Virus record (IMG/VR): IMGVR_UViG_3300045988_105363 | Coordinates: 1 to 18,250 of that record | Length of the DNA: 18,250 nucleotides | DNA from: a virus | Strand: one strand, 5' to 3' | Shown here: positions 14,630 to 18,250 of the stretch, in pieces | Position numbering within the stretch: the stretch's first letter is position 1 | Layout of the letters: each line of letters begins with the position of its first letter | Made by a program: the position numbers and the translations under genes | Notes under the pieces: generated by a model | What the model was told of the DNA's origin: nothing | Database searches by the model: none | Seen by the model: the letters and a program-made list of their open reading frames with translations, nothing else

Positions 14630-15691
14630 TTAATAATCCTTTACGGCCATGGTCATATAATCATTGAATGTCTGCCTTGCCAGCCGCCTTTGGCGCGGTG
14701 AATCGAACGCGGTTGATATACCGTTTTTAGGGTCGGAATCAATCCACGAAAACACTGTTTTCACTATGGCGCCCTCGTCCCATAAACGTTGACGTTGTTT
14801 CTTGCTTAACGCCCTCCATCTTCTTAAGCCTTTTTTGCCCATTGATTTTTTGATAGCTTCTTCAAAACTATCATATTGATGCGCTTGGCCTTCCTTGTAT
14901 ATTTCAACCTTTTTCTTATTATACTTTTTGGCTGTTTTACCGCTATTGCGCTGAGGTTTGCGCGTGCGTTTGCCAAGCATATTCGCGGCGTCCAATATCT
15001 CATTTTCCAGCACATTGCGATTGTGTTCAAGCAACGAATTAACAAACGCACTATCAGCCAATACGTTCTTTTTACGGAGGAAATTGGATAGTCGCGTAGG
15101 CACGATTTGCTCCACACCGAACTCACCTGTTGCCGACCTATTGAGTTCGGCAATACGCGCGTCGTACACGCTCATTGCTGGCTGTTGGCGTGCAATATTA
15201 TATTGCTCTATCCTCTTTTTTGCATAATTGTACTTGCGCTGCCTACGCCTTAAAAATCGTTTTTGCTTCGACGGCGCTGCCGCTATATCCGCGTCCGTTG
15301 GCGGCTGGGTTTTCACTCGCTCATAATCCTGTTTAGACGGCCTTATTACTGGCATGGTATGATATGGCGTGCGCTTTGCCGCTTCGATTGCCGCACCGGC
15401 GTCGCGCGCCCATGTCCGCGCCATGTCCGAAGCCAATGTTTGCAATTGTTTGTCGGTCATCAACGAGAGTTTGCGCGGCGTTAAAACGTTGATATTCTCA
15501 GGATTTGCGCGCTTTATTCCCATTGCCGCTTGCCGTGCTTTATAATCCTTATATGGAGTTGTATTTTTACGTTTTGTTTTCTTTGTTTTCTTGCGCGCTG
15601 TTTTACGGATTGAATCCGTTTTTCCTTGCTGTTGCACGCTTTTAATATACGCGAGCCTGTTGCCTGAATAGTCGAAGATTTTTTTATCCAT
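14630..15691 (-). CDS. Putative terminal protein (phi29 p3 analogue), 353 aa, highly basic
   Basis: It lies immediately upstream of the polymerase, as in phi29. It has Lys/Arg runs (KKTKKTKRK). The C-terminal WIDSDP places a Ser 34 residues from the end, as in phi29 FDSEGN (Ser232 of 266; from memory). Confidence 0.6.
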   Translation of the reverse strand: MDKKIFDYSGNRLAYIKSVQQQGKTDSIRKTARKKTKKTKRKNTTPYKDYKARQAAMGIKRANPENINVLTPRKLSLMTDKQLQTLASDMARTWARDAGAAIEAAKRTPYHTMPVIRPSKQDYERVKTQPPTDADIAAAPSKQKRFLRRRQRKYNYAKKRIEQYNIARQQPAMSVYDARIAELNRSATGEFGVEQIVPTRLSNFLRKKNVLADSAFVNSLLEHNRNVLENEILDAANMLGKRTRKPQRNSGKTAKKYNKKKVEIYKEGQAHQYDSFEEAIKKSMGKKGLRRWRALSKKQRQRLWDEGAIVKTVFSWIDSDPKNGISTAFDSPRQRRLARQTFNDYMTMAVKDY

Positions 15692-15723
15692 TGTGCGCGC
15701 CTTTATTTTCCCGTGATATGAAG

Positions 15724-15757
15724 CACCCCCACAACCTCGTATAAGGGTGTGGGGGTG
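15724..15757 (-). other. GC-rich hairpin in the leader of the terminal protein/polymerase genes
   Basis: CACCCCCACA (15724..15733) pairs with TGTGGGGGTG (15748..15757). There is no U tract. It lies downstream of the promoter at 15833..15805. Confidence 0.45.
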
Positions 15758-15804
15758 TGTCTGTCAGGTGACTATGCGAGAGGACTGCAACCCGCACAAT
15801 CACT

Positions 15805-15833
15805 AGTATACCATTACTTCTTCTTCATGTCAA
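15805..15833 (-). promoter_or_regulatory. Near-consensus promoter TTGACA-17-TATACT
   Basis: On the - strand, TTGACA lies at 15833..15828 (overlapping the last codons of the SSB-like gene) and TATACT at 15810..15805. Confidence 0.55.
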
Positions 15834-16248
15834 CTTCAGCCGGCACGAGGTTGAAGAACCGGCGCCCCGCCCGCGACCTGCCTTCGACCACCTTGAGGCG
15901 CATTGGCTCGTTCCACGTGTTCGGCGTGCCGAAGATGCCAAACAGCGTGTTGAACGCGCTCGCCAGAGTGGGAGAGGTGGCCGCGTAGGCGTGACCATCT
16001 TCGGTGAGGATAACGACACGCACAGATTCATTCATTTCGTGGGTGGTGTCGTTTTCCACGCTCACGCGCTGCGCGACAACGTTCACGACGTCCAGCGGCT
16101 CATTGAGATGTTCATCGAGCTTGCCCGCGTCTTGCAATGCCGCGTAGAGCGTCATTTTGCCCTCGTTGGTGCTCGTGTCGATGAAATGCTGGATTGTTCC
16201 GTTCGCCGCGTTCTCCATGTCAATGGAGGTCAGTTCTGTGGTTGCCAT
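15814..16248 (-). CDS. Single-stranded DNA-binding protein, phi29 p5-like, 144 aa
   Basis: VVILTEDGHAYAATSPTLASAF...RLKVVEGRSRAGRRFFNLVP parallels phi29 p5 TTIFAADGSLYSAISKTVAEAA...KVKVVQGTSSKGNVFFSLQL (from memory). RBS AAAGGTGA lies 5 nt before ATG 16248. Confidence 0.55.
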   Translation of the reverse strand: MATTELTSIDMENAANGTIQHFIDTSTNEGKMTLYAALQDAGKLDEHLNEPLDVVNVVAQRVSVENDTTHEMNESVRVVILTEDGHAYAATSPTLASAFNTLFGIFGTPNTWNEPMRLKVVEGRSRAGRRFFNLVPAEVDMKKK

Positions 16249-16289
16249 AATAGTCACCTTTCACTAGTTGTTTGTTGGCAAAACTTATA

Positions 16290-16613
16290 TTACTCGTTGT
16301 CTCCGTCGTAGTCAAGTTCGACATCTTCCGGCGTGTCGTCGTTGTCGGCGCCCAGCGTGTCCGTGATGTCCACAGGGTCACCCACCGGCTGCGCGTGCGC
16401 CATGAAATCCACGATGCCCATGGCGAACGTGGCGCGGTACACGCGCACTTCGCGGGCCAGAAAATCAGGATACAGTTTCTTTGCGCGCGCCACGTACTTC
16501 GCGACATCGCCGTGGCGTCCGACCACAGTATGGGTCATGTCCACGAACTCGCCGTTCACGACTTCCACGCCGTGGAGTTCGGCGTAAATCTCACTGCGCT
16601 TTACGTTGCTCAT
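16290..16613 (-). CDS. Putative p6-like dsDNA-binding / origin-organising protein with an acidic C-terminal tail, 107 aa
   Basis: Its size, its position upstream of the SSB gene (phi29 order 6-5-3-2) and its acidic tail DNDDTPEDVELDYDGDNE support the call. There is loose similarity to p6 (VNGEFV / VDGEVQ; AKKLY / KRKY). RBS AAAGGTGA. Confidence 0.3.
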   Translation of the reverse strand: MSNVKRSEIYAELHGVEVVNGEFVDMTHTVVGRHGDVAKYVARAKKLYPDFLAREVRVYRATFAMGIVDFMAHAQPVGDPVDITDTLGADNDDTPEDVELDYDGDNE

Positions 16614-17155
16614 TGTTTGTCACCTTTCATATGTGTGTTTGCTTTCAGGTCATCAAGATATAACTTCACAACCTGCATACTATCATACCGTGTCGCGTCC
16701 AGTTTGTCAAAACTGTTGAATGCACGCGTCAATGCCTGTTGCACTGTCAGCCTATCAAAAAACACGAGTTTCGCGTCATAGGCGCTGCCGCCGACTGTCT
16801 TAAGCACGGCAGACCACCCATAGAGCACAGGCACGTCAATGCTCCAATCGAGACGTTCGATGCCTCCGGTCAGGGGTAGCATGTCCTCAACCCGCGCGCG
16901 GTTGGCGGTGGCGCACATATCAGCGGCCTTGATGCAGCCGCGCATGAGCGCATCGTCACCGCGTGCATCTCCAACATACAGGCGGGCGAGCAGAGCGGCC
17001 GCGCGACATAGTGTCTCCCAGTCGCCGCCATGGTCGAACCTCTTAAGTTTGAGAATCCTGGCGCGGTTGGTCAGCGCCCGCTTGAATCGTGGAGTCTCGA
17101 AGATGCAATCATCGAAGCTGTTGCCGGACAGCGGGCGGTTTGTCTGTTGTCTCAT
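16610..17155 (-). CDS. Hypothetical early protein, 181 aa
   Basis: It has ATGA start/stop overlaps at both ends (17155/17152 and 16613/16610). No recognisable domain. Confidence 0.6.
   Translation of the reverse strand: MRQQTNRPLSGNSFDDCIFETPRFKRALTNRARILKLKRFDHGGDWETLCRAAALLARLYVGDARGDDALMRGCIKAADMCATANRARVEDMLPLTGGIERLDWSIDVPVLYGWSAVLKTVGGSAYDAKLVFFDRLTVQQALTRAFNSFDKLDATRYDSMQVVKLYLDDLKANTHMKGDKQ
16682..16710 (-). promoter_or_regulatory. Near-consensus promoter TTGACA-17-TATGAT inside the 3' end of the 181-aa gene
   Basis: On the - strand, TTGACA lies at 16710..16705 and TATGAT at 16687..16682, about 60 nt upstream of the p6-like gene's ATG. Confidence 0.55.
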
Positions 17156-17493
17156 TGCGCGCCCCACACTGTTTCGGTGAGTGTGATGGGGTCAAGTCCC
17201 CACGACTGAATGAATGCCTCGTACATGGCTTCAATGTCGAGCATGTCGAAGCTGAGTATGACCACCGGATTGCATGGGTTCGTAATGTTCAGGCCGTCGC
17301 ACCAATTGCGGAATCCATCATCTTGGAAGTCTACCATGTGATGTACCATTTTTATGCACGCCTCGAACTCCGATATTTCACGAGGCGCCAGCATTTGTTT
17401 GCTCATTTCGCTATACTCTTCTTTATCGTTTACCGTGATGATAAATGAGCCATACATGGGGTCGAAATACTTTGGGTATTCTTGCTTTTCCAT
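17152..17493 (-). CDS. Hypothetical early protein, 113 aa, strongly acidic
   Basis: RBS AAAGGA lies 8 nt before ATG 17493. Roughly 20 Asp/Glu against 7 Lys/Arg by hand count. No recognisable domain. Confidence 0.6.
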   Translation of the reverse strand: MEKQEYPKYFDPMYGSFIITVNDKEEYSEMSKQMLAPREISEFEACIKMVHHMVDFQDDGFRNWCDGLNITNPCNPVVILSFDMLDIEAMYEAFIQSWGLDPITLTETVWGAQ

Positions 17494-17546
17494 TATAACA
17501 GTCCTTTCATGTTTGCTAAAAGGTTTTACTAAAATACCTATTTTAT

Positions 17547-17575
17547 TTATAAAACAGGTTGCCGAAATCAGTCAA
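17547..17575 (-). promoter_or_regulatory. Promoter TTGACT-17-TTATAA
   Basis: On the - strand, TTGACT lies at 17575..17570 (overlapping the stop of the terminal gene) and TTATAA at 17552..17547, in the AT-rich 78-nt gap before the 113-aa gene. Confidence 0.5.
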
Positions 17576-17862
17576 TTAACCATAAGATACGCTTGGTACA
17601 AATCTTCAAGCGTATCAACGCGAGCGATAGCGCTCAGCGCCTCTTCATTGGCCTTGGAAAGCTCATTGAGGGACAGCAGAGTTTGCTCTGCCGTTTCGCA
17701 ACCATCAAGCATGATACGAATTGCCGCAACCTCGCTGATAGCGTGGAACGTCTCACAGCCACTACGCACAATATACATATTGGCCGCCTCTTCGGAATCA
17801 AACGCCTTTACTATATCCATGGCCTTGGAATAAATGAAGAACTTGCCGGTTGTCAGTGCCAT
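17572..17862 (-). CDS. Hypothetical early protein, 96 aa (right-terminal gene)
   Basis: ATG 17862 lies 5 nt after the ITR-borne RBS AAAGGACAGGTGA. The longer track ORF starts upstream of that RBS. No recognisable domain. Confidence 0.6.
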   Translation of the reverse strand: MALTTGKFFIYSKAMDIVKAFDSEEAANMYIVRSGCETFHAISEVAAIRIMLDGCETAEQTLLSLNELSKANEEALSAIARVDTLEDLYQAYLMVN

Positions 17863-17892
17863 ATTAATCACCTGTCCTTTCCAGACACTCAT

Positions 17893-17921
17893 ATACTATC
17901 ACACACCACACCACACCACAA
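17893..17921 (-). promoter_or_regulatory. Inward early promoter at the inner edge of ITR-R (TTGTGG-17-TGaTAGTAT)
   Basis: Mirror position of the left promoter. The -10 hexamer differs (TAGTAT) but keeps the TGn extension. Confidence 0.4.
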
Positions 17922-18250
17922 CCACCGGCGTGTCGCAAACCGCAACCAAACAAGACAACAAACGACACGCCCAAACGCGGAAAAATTGACAGACACAGCA
18001 AGAGGCGATAGAATGAAGATACAAAGAAAAAGAAAAGTCCTCAATCAGAGGCAAGAAACAAAGTCCCAATCACGGGCAAACAAAACAGACACAAGACAGT
18101 AAACAAGCAAAGGGCGCGAGCAAGCTCAACACCACAAGGCCCGACACCGAAAGAAAAAAATAGGCGAGTCGAGTACAGAGAGAGCGCGGCGCCGAGAAGT
18201 TAAAAAAAACAATGGGGAAAACACAGACACAGGGCACAGTGTGCCACTGT
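17906..18250. repeat. Right inverted terminal repeat (ITR-R)
   Basis: Exact reverse complement of 1..345. The window ends on the last ITR base, as expected for a complete linear protein-primed genome. Confidence 0.97.
17986..18014 (+). promoter_or_regulatory. Outward-facing sigma70-type promoter inside ITR-R (identical copy)
   Basis: TTGACA lies at 17986..17991, followed by a 17-nt spacer and TAGAAT at 18009..18014. It points toward the right terminus. Confidence 0.55.

Noticed and set aside
17080-17110. DDCIFETP near the N-terminus of the 181-aa early protein resembles the phi29 polymerase ExoI motif CDFETT, hinting at a proofreading exonuclease supplied in trans
   Set aside because: The catalytic Asp position is Ile, so there is no D-x-E. 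No ExoII or ExoIII-like motifs follow. A 6-residue resemblance is not evidence.
1-18250. Search for CRISPR arrays, integrase or repressor lysogeny modules, IS elements, introns or homing endonucleases
   Set aside because: No spaced direct repeats were found. No ORF has recombinase, HNH or LAGLIDADG signatures, and no gene is interrupted. The gaps are all accounted for by promoters, hairpins and the ITRs.

Overview
The window appears to be a complete 18,250-bp linear genome of a small protein-primed, phi29-like podophage. It starts and ends exactly on a 345-bp perfect inverted terminal repeat, and the similarity continues imperfectly to about 394. I support 20 protein genes and one tRNA. Two small genes read inward from the left end on the + strand. 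Everything else reads on the - strand from the right end: three small unknown early genes, then a p6-like gene, a p5-like SSB gene, a terminal protein and a family-B DNA polymerase. A late block syntenic with phi29 follows: scaffold, capsid with Ig-like C-terminus, tail knob, connector, lower collar, two appendage/fibre genes, a tail peptidoglycan hydrolase, a gp16-type packaging ATPase, holin and amidase endolysin. The - strand ends with a separately promoted tRNA(CAU). I see no integrase, repressor, CRISPR array or transposon, so the phage looks virulent. The lysis genes and strong AAAGGA/GGAGG ribosome-binding sites suggest a Gram-positive host. The most notable observations are: (1) the polymerase has a shortened N-terminal domain with none of the three Exo motifs, and has Asn in place of the first Asp of motif C. 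(2) Near-consensus TTGACA-17-TAGAAT promoters in both ITRs fire outward into about 230 nt of gene-less terminal DNA, which is where phi29 makes its pRNA. (3) The ITR carries the promoter, RBS and start codon of both terminal genes, and that cassette occurs a third time. (4) A tRNA(CAU) with its own consensus promoter sits in an 18-kb genome. (5) Local GC ranges from about 30% to about 70% between modules. All homology statements come from reading the translations and from my memory of phi29 proteins. No searches, folding or statistics were run.
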